A DNA stretch of 64,000 bases from an uncultured Gemmatimonadales bacterium (GCA_963730185.1 CAVSQW010000007.1:352001-416000); one strand, 5' to 3'. Shown: positions 46,842-58,846, numbered from the stretch's first letter. The notes: generated from the letters alone by a model not told the origin. A program made the numbers and translations.

Positions 46842-47747
46842 ATGGCGGCCCACCGTCTCGACCTGCTCGATCCGATGGAAGTGGCCCGGCTCGGGGGCGT
46901 CGAGGTGCTCACCGAGGGGATCGTCGAAGGCTTCCTCACCGGTCTTCACCGCTCGCCCCGCCGCGGCTTCTCCGTCGAATTCGCCGAGCATCGGATGTAT
47001 CAGCCCGGCGACGAGCTCCGCTACGTCGATTGGAAGGTCCTGGCCCGGAACGACCGGCTCTTCGTGAAGCAATTCGAGGAAGAGACCAATCTCCGCGCCA
47101 TGATCGTCGTCGACGTCAGTCGCTCGATGGCCTGGTCGGGCGACCCCAGCCGCCGGCTGAGCAAGCTCGAGTACGTCAAGCGGCTGGTCGCGGCAATGTC
47201 GCTGGTGCTCCTCCGACAGCGCGACGCCACCGGGCTCATCACCTTCGACGACTCGGTCCGCTCGGTCACCCCGCCGCGGGCCCGGCTGGGACACTGGCGG
47301 CACCTGCTGGCGGTGCTGCACGACACCGAGGCCGGCAAGGCCACCGCCGCGGAGCCGGCCCTCCGGCGGGTGATGGATCAGCTCCGCCGCCGCGGTCTGG
47401 TGGTTTTCGTGTCCGACCTGCTGCTCGACCGGGAGCTTGCCCTCAAGGCGCTCCGGTTTCTCCGGCATCGCGGGCACCAGGTGCTGGTGCTCCACGTGAT
47501 GGACCCCGCAGAGATCGCCCTGTCGGGTCCGGCCGAGGCTCGGTTCGAAGACCCCGAGACCGGTGAAGCCGTGACCCTCAGGCCGGCCGACTGGGCCGGG
47601 GTCTACACCCGGACGGTCGAGGGCGTGGTGCTCGACTGGCGGCTCGCCTGCCGGCGCCACGGTATCGCCTACGAGCGGATCACGACCGACACCCCGTTCG
47701 GCGTGGCGCTCCGTCAGGCGTTGGTCCGCTCGACCCACGTCGCCTGA
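46842..47747 (+). CDS. DUF58 (vWA-like) protein
   Basis: GFSVEFAEHRMYQPGDELRYVDWK, DVSRSM, VSD. Confidence 0.93.
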   Translation: MAAHRLDLLDPMEVARLGGVEVLTEGIVEGFLTGLHRSPRRGFSVEFAEHRMYQPGDELRYVDWKVLARNDRLFVKQFEEETNLRAMIVVDVSRSMAWSGDPSRRLSKLEYVKRLVAAMSLVLLRQRDATGLITFDDSVRSVTPPRARLGHWRHLLAVLHDTEAGKATAAEPALRRVMDQLRRRGLVVFVSDLLLDRELALKALRFLRHRGHQVLVLHVMDPAEIALSGPAEARFEDPETGEAVTLRPADWAGVYTRTVEGVVLDWRLACRRHGIAYERITTDTPFGVALRQALVRSTHVA

Positions 47748-49529
47748 TGAGCTTTGCGGCCCCCTGGGCCCTGGCGGGCCTCGTGTTCGCGGCCGTGCCG
47801 CTCATCCTCCATCTGCTGGCCCGTCGGGAGCCGCCGACGGTGGTGTTCCCGGCTACCCGGTACCTGGCCCAGGCCACCCGCCAGCACCAACGCCGGCTCC
47901 AGCTCCAGCACCTCCTGCTCCTGCTCCTCCGAACTCTCCTGATCCTGGCGATCGTCCTGGCCGCCGCCGGGCCGAGCTGGCCGGCCGCGTCGGTTGGGAG
48001 CCACGGGCCGAGCGCCCTGGTGGTGGTGGTGGACAACTCGCTCTCGAGCGGCGCGGTCCGGGCGGGCGTGCCGGTGCTCGATGGCCTCAGGACCGCCGCT
48101 CGAGCGGCGCTGGCGCGGGCCACGCCCGACGATCGGGTCTGGTTGGTGACCGCCGACGGCATCGTCCGTGCCGGCTCGCCCGGGGAGCTGGCCCGGCTGG
48201 TGGCCGGGCTCGCCCCGATGCCGGTCCGCCTCGACCTCGGGCAGGCGGTGGCCTCGGCCCGCCGGGTGCTGGACGGCGCCGACCGGCCCGGCGAAGCGCT
48301 GGTCGTCACCGATCTCCAGCGGAGCGCGCTGGGGCAGGGGCGGGCGCCCGCCGCTTTGGCGGTCCTCCGTCCCGAGGGCGATCCGGTTGCCAACGCCGGG
48401 CTGGCCAGGGTGAGCGCGGGCTCGCAGCCGTGGGCCTCGGACGGCGGCGTCGTCGGGGTGGTGGTGTCCGGCGTGGGCGACGGGCCCCGGCCGGTGTCGG
48501 TCGGGTTCGTGGGGCGGCCGGCCAAGCAGATCCTGGTGCCGGTTGGCGGCCAGGGCACCGTGCGGGTGACGGCCCCCGAACCGGGCTGGTGGACGCTGGA
48601 AGCCGCGCTCGATGCCGACGAGCTCCGGGCCGACGATCGCCGGCTGGCCCTGGTCCGGGTGGCCCCGCCGGCCCGGGTGGCCTGGCGCCCGGGACGACCG
48701 CTACCTGGCCACAGCCGCGCTGGTGCTGGCCCAGAACGGGCGGATCCAGCCCGGCGACGCCGTCACCCTGGGCACCCTCGGCCGGGGCGCCTCGATCGTG
48801 GAGCCACCCGCCGATCCGGCGGCGGTTGGCGCCTTGAACCGGGCGCTCGCCTCCCGGGGGTCGCGCTGGCGCTTCGGCGACCTCGACCTGACCCCCGCCA
48901 CCACCGACAGCGGCGCCTGGCTGGCCCGGGAGCGGGTAACCCGGCGCTACCGGCTGACCTATGCCGGCGGCGCCCCGACCGACGTGCTGGGCACCGCCGG
49001 CGGCACGCCCTGGCTGGTCCGGGCCGGCACCGTGGTGCTGATCGGGAGCCGACTCGAGCCGGAGTGGACCGGGCTGCCGCTCGCGGCGGAATTCGTCCCC
49101 TTCGTCGACGCCCTGGTCAACCGGGCCGCCCGAGGTGAAGTGATCACCCTGGCCGCCGCCCCGGGCGAGCGGACCCTGGTGCCCGACCGGGTGACCGAGG
49201 TGCTCCTGGGTGAGCGGCGGTGGCCGGTGGAAGGCGGCGCCGGATTCCGCCCGACGGAGCTGGGGGTCCACTTTCTCGTGGCCGACGGCGACACGATCGG
49301 CGGAATCGCGGTGAACCCCGATTCTCGGGAGACCGACCTGACCCGGGCCAGTGCGAGCGAGGTCCGGGCGCTCTGGCCCCAGGCCCGGCTCGGGATCCTG
49401 TCGGACGCCCCGCGGCTGGTGTTTGCCGCTGGCGCCCGGAGCGACCTCCGTGGCCCGCTGCTCTGGCTGGTCGGCGGTTTGCTGCTGGCCGAGGCCGCGA
49501 TGGCCAGCCGCCGGCGGCGCGCCTCCTGA
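47747..49529 (+). CDS. BatA-domain / vWA membrane protein; one apparent indel near 48690
   Basis: PLILHLL...FPATRYL...LLLLRTL BatA motif, DNSLSS MIDAS-like, TD; C-terminal half continues in another frame (AVNPDSRETDL, terminal TM). Confidence 0.85.
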
Positions 49530-52500
49530 TGCTCCAGCCGGTTCTCGACGCCTTCGCCCGGACCCGGTTCGCCCGGGAGCTGGTCGACCGGCTGCCCGCG
49601 CCCGGTGCCTCGGTCCGCCTGGGCGGTCTGGCCGGCTCGAGCCAGGCCGTGCTCGCGGCCTGGCTGGCCGAGCTCGAGCCGACCCGGCCGGTGGTGATCG
49701 TCGCCACGACCCCGGCCGACGCCGAGCGGTGGCTGGCCGACCTCTCCCACCTGACGGAACTCCCGACCGCGCTCTACCCCCAGCGCGAGGCGCTCGGCGA
49801 AGAGGAACCGCACCTGGAGATCGCGGGGGAGCGGGCCGAGACCCTGGAAGCCCTGCTGGGTGGCCGGCTCCGGATCCTGGTCACCACCGCCCGTGCCACG
49901 GCGGAGCGTACCACCCTGCCGGGCGCCCTGGCGGCCCACCGGTTCGAGTTGACCCGGGGCGCCAGCCTCCCGCCCCGCGAGGTGGCGGAACGACTCGAGA
50001 CCATGGGATTCGAGCGGGTTGCCACGGTCACCGAGGTCGGCCAGTTCAGCGTTCGCGGGGGCATCATCGATCTTTACGGGTTCGGGATGCCGGCCCCGGC
50101 CCGCTGCGAATGGTGGGGCGACGAGCTCGAGACGCTCCGGGCCTTCGATCTCACCACCCAGCGGAGCGGCGACGAGCTCCCCGCGGTGACCGTGCTGCCG
50201 GTCCGGACACCGCCGCCGGAGGGATCGGGCGGTCCCGGCGTCCGCACCTCGCTCCTCGAGCTGATCCCGTTGGGCGCCCTGACGCTGGTGGAGTCGCCGA
50301 CCGCCAACGCCGAGGAGGTGGGGCGCGCCTGGCGGGAGGCCGAGCATCACCTCGACATCGCCCGGCGGCTGGGCGAAGAGGTGCCCCGGCGCGACGACCT
50401 GTTCGTCGATCCCGGAACGTGGCAGGGGCTGTCCGAACGGTTGGCGCGACTCTCGACCGCGGAGGCGGAGGTCGATCTCCAGGCCGGCTTCCTGCCGCCG
50501 GAGCGGGTGGACCGCGATCTCCGCCGGCTCCGGGCGCTGTTGGACGGCGGGCTCCCGACCCTGATTCTCTGCGACAACGAAGGCCAGCTCGAGCGGCTGA
50601 GCGAGCTCCTCGAGGAGCAGGGCCGACCGTCCTCGGCCACGCTGGCGGTCGGCGCCCTGGACGGCGGCTTCGTCATGCCGTCACTCCGGGTCCATACCGA
50701 TCACGAAATCTTCCGGCGGGCGCGGCGGCTCCGGCGGGCGCGCCGCTATCGTCAGGCCGCGCCGACGATGGCCATCGGGGCGCTCTCCAACGGCGACTAC
50801 GTGGTGCACCTCGATCACGGGATCGGGATCTATCGCGGAATCGCCGCGATCGAGATCGAGGGGGGCGTGCTCGAGGTCGCGGTGATCGAGTACGAGGGGG
50901 GCGACCGGCTCCATGTGCCCCTCTACCGGCTCGACCAGATCGAGCGGTACCGCTCGGCCGGCGGCGACACCGATCAGCCGCCGCCCCGGATCCATCGGCT
51001 GGGCGGCACCAGCTGGAAGAAGGCCCGCGAGAAGACCCGGGAGGCGATTCAGGAGATGGCGGCCGAGCTGCTCGACCTCTACGCCCGGCGGCAGGTGTCG
51101 GCGGGGTTCGCCTGCCCGCCCGACACCAAGTGGCAGCGCGAGCTGGAGTCGAGCTTCCTCTACGAGGACACCCCCGATCAGCGGAAGGCCACGGAGGACG
51201 TGAAGCACGATCTCGAGCGGCCGATCCCCATGGACCGGCTGCTGGTCGGCGACGTCGGGTACGGCAAGACCGAGATCGCGGTCCGGGCCGCCTTCAAGGC
51301 GGTCCAGGCCGGCAAGCAGGTGGCGGTGCTGGTGCCTACCACGATCCTGGCCGAGCAGCATGGACGGACCTTCACGGAGCGGTTCGCCGACTTCCCGGTC
51401 CGAATCGAGGTGCTGTCGCGATTTCGCACCGCCAAGGAGCAGAAGGCGGTGCTGGCCGAGCTGACCGAGGGCGCCGTCGACATCGTGATCGGCACCCACC
51501 GGCTGCTCTCGAAGGACGTGACCTTCAAGGATCTCGGCCTCCTGATCATCGACGAGGAGCACCGGTTCGGCGTGCGCCACAAGGAGCGGCTCAAGACCCT
51601 CCGGTTGGCGGTACACGTCCTGACCCTCACCGCCACGCCGATTCCCCGGACCCTCCACATGTCGCTGGCGGGGCTCCGCGATCTCACCCTGATCGAGACC
51701 GCGCCGCGCGACCGCTCGCCGGTGCTGACCTTCGTGGAGCCGTGGGACGACGGGCTCCTGGACGAGGCGTTCGCGCGGGAGCTGGACCGGGGGGGCCAGG
51801 TGTTCGTGGTCCATAACCGGATCGAGACGATCGAGACGATCGCCGCCCGGGTGAGCGCGCTGGCGCCCCGGGCCCGGGTGGCGGTGGCTCACGGTCAGAT
51901 GGCGGCCGACGCCCTCGACGAGGTGATGCGCCGGTTCGTGTCCGGGCGAGGTCGACATCCTGGTCTCGACGATGATCGTGGAGTCGGGATTGGACGTCCC
52001 CAACGCCAACACCATGGTGGTGAACGACGCCCACCGGTTCGGCCTGGCTCAGCTCTACCAGCTGCGGGGCCGGGTGGGCCGGAGTCATCGACGGGCCTAC
52101 TGCTACCTGATCACGCCCGACCTGATCGCCCTCGACGCGGAGGACCGGCTCCGGGTGCTGGAGCACCACACCGAGCTCGGGGCCGGGTACCGGATCGCGC
52201 TCAAGGACCTGGAGATTCGAGGGGCCGGCAACCTGCTGGGGCGGGAGCAGTCCGGGCATGCCCAGGCCGTCGGGTTCGATCTCTATCTCCGCTGGCTGGA
52301 GGAGACGGTCACGGCGCTCAAAGGCGGGGCCGGGATCGTGGAGGCGCCGGCGCCGCCCGACGTGGTATTCGACCGGGCCGCCCAGCTTCCGGATACCTAC
52401 GTGGACGACGACGACATCAAGTTGGACATCTACCGGCGACTGGCGCGGGCGGCTCGACCAGGTGAAATTGATGAGCTGCGCCAGGAGTTGCGGGAGCGGT

Positions 52501-52805
52501 TCGGGCCCCTGCCGCCGGAGGCCGAGAACCTGCTCAATCTCACCCGGCTCCGGGTCATCGGGGCAGCCCTTGGGATTCAACACATCCTGGTGCGGGGCGA
52601 CGAGGCGCGGGTGAGCTTCCGCGCCGGCACGGCCCCGCGCCTGGCTCGACTCACGGCCGCGCTGGACAACGTCCAGCTAGCGGCCGATGTACGGCGTACC
52701 GTCCCGTTGTCGCTCCGCTTGGTCCGCCTCGGCGGCGAGGAGATCGTCCCCGCCCTGGTGCGGGCCCTCCGGGCGGTCGACGGCGAGCAGTCTCGCGGGG
52801 TCTGA
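49529..52805 (+). CDS. mfd: Transcription-repair coupling factor; one apparent +1 indel near 51945
   Basis: VRGGIID, GDYVVHLDHGIG, GDVGYGKTE, DEEHRFG, TATPIPRT, QLRGRVGR, DLEIRGAG, TRCF domain. Confidence 0.95.
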
Positions 52806-52887
52806 CCCGCGCCCGCCGGCGACCGGTCCGTTCGCCGAGGGCCCTGCAACCCATCGGACCCGGCAGTCATCATTCGTGAGGAACGTT

Positions 52888-54343
52888 ATGCGTCGCTGGA
52901 CTTTCGGAGTGCTCTCCCTCGCTGTCGCGCTCGCCGCGTGTGACAAGTTCGCCGCTCGGTCGGACGTCGCCGCCGAGGTGGGCGACCACCAGCTCAAGGC
53001 CGAGCGCGTGGCCGAGATCCTCCGGCGCTCCGGCGGCGGACCGACGATGCAGGCCGCGGAGTTCGTGTCGAACCTCTGGTTCGACTACTCGCTCTTCGCC
53101 GACGCGGTGGCCAGGGGCGCGATCAAGACCGACTCGGCCACCGTGGCGAAGGTCATGTGGCCGGACATCTCCCAGGCGCGGGTCCAGCTCTGGCACGACT
53201 CGACCCTGGCCCGGCTGGCGACCATCTCACCCGACGGCCCCGACAGCGCCTACAACGACGGCACGGCCCGGGTCTTCCAGCACATCATCGCCGTCCCGGG
53301 CGGCACCACCGCGGCCGACACCGCCGCGGCCCAGCGCACGATCCAGCAGGCGCTCGCCAAGATCAAGGCCGGGGCGGACTTCGGAAAGCTGGCGGCCGAG
53401 GTGAGCGCCGACGGCAGCAAGAACGACCAGGGGTATCTCCCGGTCGGGCCCAAGGGGCAGTTCGTCCCGGCCTTCGAGGACGCCGCCTGGAAGCTCGCGC
53501 CGGGCCAGGTGAGCGACGTGATCAAGAGCCAGTTCGGGTACCACATCATCCGCCGCCCCACGCTCGGCCGAAGCCCGGACGCGGTTCGAGAAGTACCTCC
53601 GCGAGGAAGCCGCCAAGCAGAACGATTCGGCCTACGTGAAGCAGCTCACCAATCAGGCCGGGATGGAGGTGGCCGGGGGCGCCGCGTCGGCGATGCGGTC
53701 CGCCGCCTTCGATCCGGACGGATCGCGGAAGTCGTCCCGGACCCTGGTCTCGCTCAAGGGCGGCGACCTGACCGTGGGCGAGTTCGTCCGGTGGCTCGGC
53801 ATGTTCCCGCTCAACATCCGGCTCCAGATCCGGAACGCCAACGACAGCCTGCTCACCGAGTACCTGAAGAACCTCGCCAGCAACGTACTGCTGCTCCGCC
53901 AGGCCGATTCGGCCAACTTCCACCTGTCGGACGCGCAGTGGCAGTTCATCATGCTCAAGTATGGCAACTCGGTGTCGACCCTGAAGCGCGATCTCGGCCT
54001 CGACGTGCCGGAGCTGAGCGACTCGTCGAAGCTGAGCCAGGCGCAGAAGGCCACCTTGGCCAACCAGAAGGTGGAGGACTACTTCACCCGGCTGATCGAG
54101 GGTCGGGCGCCGCTCCAGATGGTGCTCCCCTCGCTGGCCGCCTGGCTTCGGGGCACCGAGGCCGGACACGTGAACCAGGCCGGCATCTCCCGCGCGGTCG
54201 AGCTGGCGTCGGCGGAGTACCGCCGCGATTCCGCCGCCGCGGCGGCGCGGGGCGGGGCCACGGCCCGGCCGGCCCCCGGGATGCAGCCGGCGCCGGGTGG
54301 GCCGCCCATCGGCGGTGGCGACAGCGGCTCGACCTCCAAGTAA
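52888..54343 (+). CDS. Parvulin-type peptidyl-prolyl isomerase lipoprotein; one apparent +1 indel near 53566
   Basis: LAAC lipobox, HII, GADFGKLAAEVSAD, FVPAFE, SQFGYHII; reading continues AEARTRFEKYL in the next frame to 54343. Confidence 0.85.
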
Positions 54344-54375
54344 GGAGCGTCGCCGGAAGGGAAGCGAAGGTGCGG

Positions 54376-55695
54376 ATGAAGGGAATCACGCTCGTGACGC
54401 TGGCCGCCCTGGGGCTCCTCGCCCCGGGGCTCCAGGCCCAGGCCCCCGATACCGCCGGGACCATCGACCGGATCGTCGCCGTGGTGGGCACCAGGCCCAT
54501 CCTCGAGACCCAGGTCGAAGAGCAGGCGCTGGCCGCGCTCCGCGGGCAGCCGATGCCCACCAAAGCCTCCGACCGCCAGGCGCTCTTCCAGTCGATCCTG
54601 GACGGGCTGATCAACGAAGAACTGGTGGTGCAGGCCGCCCAGAAGGACACCCTCATCAAAGTCGCCGATGAGGAGGTCACCCAGTCGGTCGACGAGCTCT
54701 TCCGGAACGTGCGGGCCAAGTTCTCGTCGGATCAGGCCTTCCGGGAGGACCTCCGGAACACCGGCTTTCAGACCGTGGAGGAGTGGCGGAGCTACTACGC
54801 CGACCGCCAGCGGCGGAAGTTCCTGGTGGATCGCTTCTGGTCCGAGTTGGAGGCGCAGGGCAAGCTCAAGCCGATCCCGCCGACCGACCAGGAGGTCCGG
54901 GACTATTTCGAGCAGAACAAGGCGGCCTTTCCGCAGCGGCCCGCGGCCCTTTCGTTCAGCCAGATCGTCGTCGCGCCGCACGCCGCGGATTCCGCCAAGG
55001 CCACGGCGCTGGCGTTGGCCGACTCCATCCTGACCGAGCTCCGCAACGGCGCCGACTTCGCGACCGCGGCCAAGCGGTTCTCGATGGACCCGGCGACCAA
55101 GGATCAGGGTGGCTCGCTCAACTGGATCCGGCGCGGCCAAGGATGGGATCAGGCGTTCGAGAACGCCGCCTTTTCCCTCAAGGTGGGCCAGATCTCGAAC
55201 CCGGTCGAAACGGCGTACGGCTATCACCTGATCCAGGTGGAGCGGGCCCAGCCGGCCGAGGTGCAGGTCCGTCACATCCTGATCATGCCGACGGTCGACT
55301 CGATCCAGGCCGACAGCGCCCGGCAGCTCGCGGAGCAGGTGTACCGGGCGCTCAAGGCGGGGGCGTCGTTCGACAGCCTGCAGCGGCTCTATCACGACAA
55401 GGCCGAGGAGCGGGAGATCCAGCAGATCCCCATGACCCGGCTGCCGCCGGCCTACGCGAGCGCCCTCAACGACATCAAGGAGGGCGAGATCGCGCCGCTC
55501 TTCCGGCTCGAGGCCCCTGATCCCAATCGGACCAAGTACGCCATCGTGAAGGTCGACTCGCGGATTCCGGCCGGCGATGTCCGGTTCGAGGACGTCCGCG
55601 ACCAGATCCGCTCGCAGCTCTCACACGAGCTGGCCCGCCGGCGCTACCTGGAGACGCTCAAGCACGCCACCTACGTGGACGTGCGCCCGGCGTGA
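54376..55695 (+). CDS. surA: SurA-like chaperone / PPIase
   Basis: Signal peptide, IDRIVAVV SurA N-domain, two parvulin domains, directly upstream of pdxA. Confidence 0.82.
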   Translation: MKGITLVTLAALGLLAPGLQAQAPDTAGTIDRIVAVVGTRPILETQVEEQALAALRGQPMPTKASDRQALFQSILDGLINEELVVQAAQKDTLIKVADEEVTQSVDELFRNVRAKFSSDQAFREDLRNTGFQTVEEWRSYYADRQRRKFLVDRFWSELEAQGKLKPIPPTDQEVRDYFEQNKAAFPQRPAALSFSQIVVAPHAADSAKATALALADSILTELRNGADFATAAKRFSMDPATKDQGGSLNWIRRGQGWDQAFENAAFSLKVGQISNPVETAYGYHLIQVERAQPAEVQVRHILIMPTVDSIQADSARQLAEQVYRALKAGASFDSLQRLYHDKAEEREIQQIPMTRLPPAYASALNDIKEGEIAPLFRLEAPDPNRTKYAIVKVDSRIPAGDVRFEDVRDQIRSQLSHELARRRYLETLKHATYVDVRPA

Positions 55696-56615
55696 GCCCG
55701 GCCCCCCGGCTGGCGATTTCCCTCGGTGACCCGCGGGGGATCGGAGCCGAGATCGTCGCCAAGGCCCTCGCTTCCCCGCTCGATGCCGACATCACCCTGG
55801 TGGGTCCCGACGACGTAATCGCCCCGATCCCGGCCGCCCATCGGGTGTCGGTCGGCGCTTGGCGGGCCGGCTCGGGCGAGCACCGCGAGGACCGGCCCCG
55901 GGCGATTCGGGCCGGCCAGCTGGCCGGCCACGCCGTCGAGAAGGCCGCTCGACTCGCCCTGGCCGGGATGGTCGACGCGATGGTGACCGCCCCGGTCGAG
56001 AAGCATGCGCTCCACCTCGCCGGCTTTCGCTTTCCCGGTCATACCGAGTGGCTGGCCGCCCTGGCCGGCGGCGCCGAGGTGGCGATGATGCTCGCCACCG
56101 GATCGCTCCGGGTGGTGCTGGTCACGACCCACGTGGCCTTCCGCGACGTCCCGGCCCTGCTCACCGCGGAGCGGGTGGTCCGGATCGGGCGAATCACGGT
56201 GGCGGGGCTTCGCGACTGGTTCGGCATCGCCGAGCCCCGGATCGCGATCTGCGCCCTCAACCCGCATGCCGGTGAACAGGGGCTGTTCGGCGACGAGGAG
56301 ACCCGGATCCTCGGGCCCGCCGCCGAAACCCTGGGCGCCGCCGGTCCGTTTCCCGCCGACACCGTGTTCGTCCGGGCCCAGCGAGGCGAGTTCGACGCCG
56401 TGCTGGCGCCCTATCACGACGTGGGGATGACGGCGATCAAGGTCGCCGGGTTCGGGAAAGGCGTGAACGTGACCCTGGGGCTGCCGTTCCCGCGGACCTC
56501 GCCCGATCACGGGACGGCCTTCGACATTGCGGGGACCGGCGTGGCCGACGCCGGCAGCATGCGGGAAGCGATCGAGCTGGCGGCCCGGTTGGCTACGAGG
56601 ACGCGGCCGGGCTGA
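55692..56615 (+). CDS. pdxA: 4-hydroxythreonine-4-phosphate dehydrogenase
   Basis: GDPRGIGAE, GHTE, TTH, NPHAGE, YHD, RTSPDHGTAFDIAG. Confidence 0.95.
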   Translation: MSPAPRLAISLGDPRGIGAEIVAKALASPLDADITLVGPDDVIAPIPAAHRVSVGAWRAGSGEHREDRPRAIRAGQLAGHAVEKAARLALAGMVDAMVTAPVEKHALHLAGFRFPGHTEWLAALAGGAEVAMMLATGSLRVVLVTTHVAFRDVPALLTAERVVRIGRITVAGLRDWFGIAEPRIAICALNPHAGEQGLFGDEETRILGPAAETLGAAGPFPADTVFVRAQRGEFDAVLAPYHDVGMTAIKVAGFGKGVNVTLGLPFPRTSPDHGTAFDIAGTGVADAGSMREAIELAARLATRTRPG

Positions 56616-57909
56616 CCACCTTGACGCTCTTGACCCGGCGGGCGTCCATCGCGGCGATCTCGAAGGTCAGGCCGCCGGCGTTGACTTGGTCGCCCACCTG
56701 TGGCAGCCGGCCCAGCTGCCCGAAGAGGTAGCCTCCGAGCGTCGTGTAGTCCGCATCGTCGAGCTCGGTCCCGTGGGCGTCGTTGAAGTCGGTGACCGGC
56801 GTGCTCCCGTCCACCAGGGTGGCGTCCTCGGCCGCCGCGGGCCGCTCCACCACGTCGTGCTCGTCGAAGATCGGCCCCACGATCTCCTCCAGCAGGTCTT
56901 CCATCGTCACCAGGCCCGCGGTGCCCCCGTACTCGTCGAGCACGATGGCCATGTGGGTTTTGAGCCGCTTCATGTCGGTGAGCACGTCTTCCACCTCGCG
57001 CGTGCCCGGCACCAGGAGCGGGGGGCGGACGATCGATCCGACCGGCGTCTTCGGGGCTTTTCGGAGCGTCCGGAGAATGTCCTTGGCATGGACCACTCCG
57101 ATGATCTCGTCCAGGGAGTCCAAGTGGACTGGATAGCGGGAACGGTGCGCGCTCGCCACGATGTCGGCCGCCTGCTCCACCGTGAGGCCGGCCTCGAGCG
57201 CCACGATTTCGGTCCGCGGAGTCATCACCTCCTGGGCGGTCTTCTCGCTGAACTCGAACACCCCCTCGAGCAGGCGTGCGTCCTGGGACTCGAGCTGACC
57301 GCTCTCCTGGCTCTGCTCGACCAGGAGCCGGATCTCCTCCGGCGAGTGCACCCGCTCCCGCTCGGTGGGTGCCCGGATCCTGAACAGCTTGAGAACCGAA
57401 CGGGCCGAGCCGTTGAGCACCCGGATCGGGCCGGTCATCACCCAGGCAAAGCCCATCAGGGGAGCCGCCACCCAGCGGCTCACGTCCTCGGGGTAGAGCA
57501 GGGCCACCGACTTCGGGACCAGCTCGCCGGCCACGATGTGGAGCACCGTGATGACCGCGAAGGCCACCGTCACGGCGATGGAATGGGCCGCCACCGGCTG
57601 AACATCAGGGGGGAGGAAGCGCAGCCAGCCTTCGACCAGGTGGGCCAGGGCCGGTTCGCCGACCCATCCCAAACCCAGTGATGCCAACGTGATACCGAGC
57701 TGGGTCGCGGAGATGTAGCGGTCGAGCGATTGAACGGCCCGGGCTGCCAGGATAGCTTTGCGATCACCGCCCCGGCCCATCTCGTCCAGACGAGTGCGCC
57801 GGACGGCGACCAGGGCGAACTCGGCGGCCACGAAGAAGGCATTGGCCGCTACCAGAGCGAGGACGGCGGCCAGACCGCCTAGGATCGACGCGGATTGGGG
57901 AGGCTCCAT
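56593..57909 (-). CDS. Hemolysin-family CNNM/CBS/CorC protein (TlyC-like)
   Basis: NAFFVAAEFALV, QLGIT, GELVPK, VMTPR, SRYPV, DEYGGTAGLVTMEDLLEEIVG. Confidence 0.93.
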   Translation of the reverse strand: MEPPQSASILGGLAAVLALVAANAFFVAAEFALVAVRRTRLDEMGRGGDRKAILAARAVQSLDRYISATQLGITLASLGLGWVGEPALAHLVEGWLRFLPPDVQPVAAHSIAVTVAFAVITVLHIVAGELVPKSVALLYPEDVSRWVAAPLMGFAWVMTGPIRVLNGSARSVLKLFRIRAPTERERVHSPEEIRLLVEQSQESGQLESQDARLLEGVFEFSEKTAQEVMTPRTEIVALEAGLTVEQAADIVASAHRSRYPVHLDSLDEIIGVVHAKDILRTLRKAPKTPVGSIVRPPLLVPGTREVEDVLTDMKRLKTHMAIVLDEYGGTAGLVTMEDLLEEIVGPIFDEHDVVERPAAAEDATLVDGSTPVTDFNDAHGTELDDADYTTLGGYLFGQLGRLPQVGDQVNAGGLTFEIAAMDARRVKSVKVVSPAASS

Positions 57910-57967
57910 ACCCGGGAACGTTAGCGGCACCGGTGCCGACGGGCGAGAGGCCGTATCGCGGCGACTC

Positions 57968-58846
57968 GTGCTCGTCTTGGCCGTCACCACGGTCATCATG
58001 CTGGTCGAGGCGGTGGGCGGGTTCGCCAGCGGCGCACTGGCGCTCCTGGCCGACGCCGGCCACATGCTGATCGATGTGGCGGCACTGGGCCTGTCCGCCT
58101 TCACCGCGTGGCTGGCCCGCCGGCCCCCGAGCGCCTCCAAGACGTACGGCTACCTCCGGTTGGAGATCCTGGCCGCGCTGATCAACGGGGTGGCGCTGGT
58201 GGGCATCGCGATCGGGGTCACGATCGAGGCCTTCCACCGCCTCGAGTCGCCCGAGCCGATCAAGTCGGGGCTCTTCCTCCTGGTGGCCGGCATCGGCCTG
58301 TTGGCCAACGTGATGAGCCTCTGGCTCCTGCACGGCCTCCGGCACGGCAGTCTCAACGTCCGGGGCGCCTACCTCCACGTGGTCGGCGACCTGCTCGGCT
58401 CGGTCGGAGCCCTCCTGGCCGCGGTGATCGTGGCTACCACCGGGTGGACCCTGGCCGACCCCATCGTCTCGGTTGTCCTGTCACTGCTGATCCTCGGCGG
58501 CGCCTGGTCGCTGGTGAAGGAGAGCGCGAACATCCTCCTCGAGGCGGTGCCCCGCCACGTGGATCTGGACGAGGTCAAGCGGAGCCTGCTCTCCGTCTCG
58601 GGTGTGGCGGACGTTCACGACCTCCACGTCTGGACCGTCACCAGCGGCGTCGTGGCCATGAGCGGCCACGCGGTCGTGCCGGAGCTCCCCCGCCATCCCG
58701 ACGCCCTCACCTCGATGCTCCACCGGCTGGAGCACCTCGGCATCCACCACGCGACCCTGCAGCTGGAGACGGTCGACCATTGCGAGGGGCTGGACTGCCT
58801 GGAGCGCCGGGAGCCGGCCGGGGCGCATGCGGGGCACGGGCATTAG
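57968..58846 (+). CDS. Cation diffusion facilitator (CzcD/ZitB-like); start uncertain
   Basis: LALLADAGHMLID, TYGYLRLE, NVRGAYLHVVGD, VHDLHVW, His-rich tail. Confidence 0.9.
   Translation: MLVLAVTTVIMLVEAVGGFASGALALLADAGHMLIDVAALGLSAFTAWLARRPPSASKTYGYLRLEILAALINGVALVGIAIGVTIEAFHRLESPEPIKSGLFLLVAGIGLLANVMSLWLLHGLRHGSLNVRGAYLHVVGDLLGSVGALLAAVIVATTGWTLADPIVSVVLSLLILGGAWSLVKESANILLEAVPRHVDLDEVKRSLLSVSGVADVHDLHVWTVTSGVVAMSGHAVVPELPRHPDALTSMLHRLEHLGIHHATLQLETVDHCEGLDCLERREPAGAHAGHGH

Noticed and set aside
51930..51960. Programmed frameshift in mfd
   Set aside because: No slippery heptamer; a single extra G restores the conserved SGEVDILVST; similar indels occur in unrelated genes
52687..55695. 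1002-aa ORF appearing to fuse two PPIases
   Set aside because: Artefact of the indel near 53566; the middle is off-frame junk and the second gene has its own ATG (54376) and signal peptide
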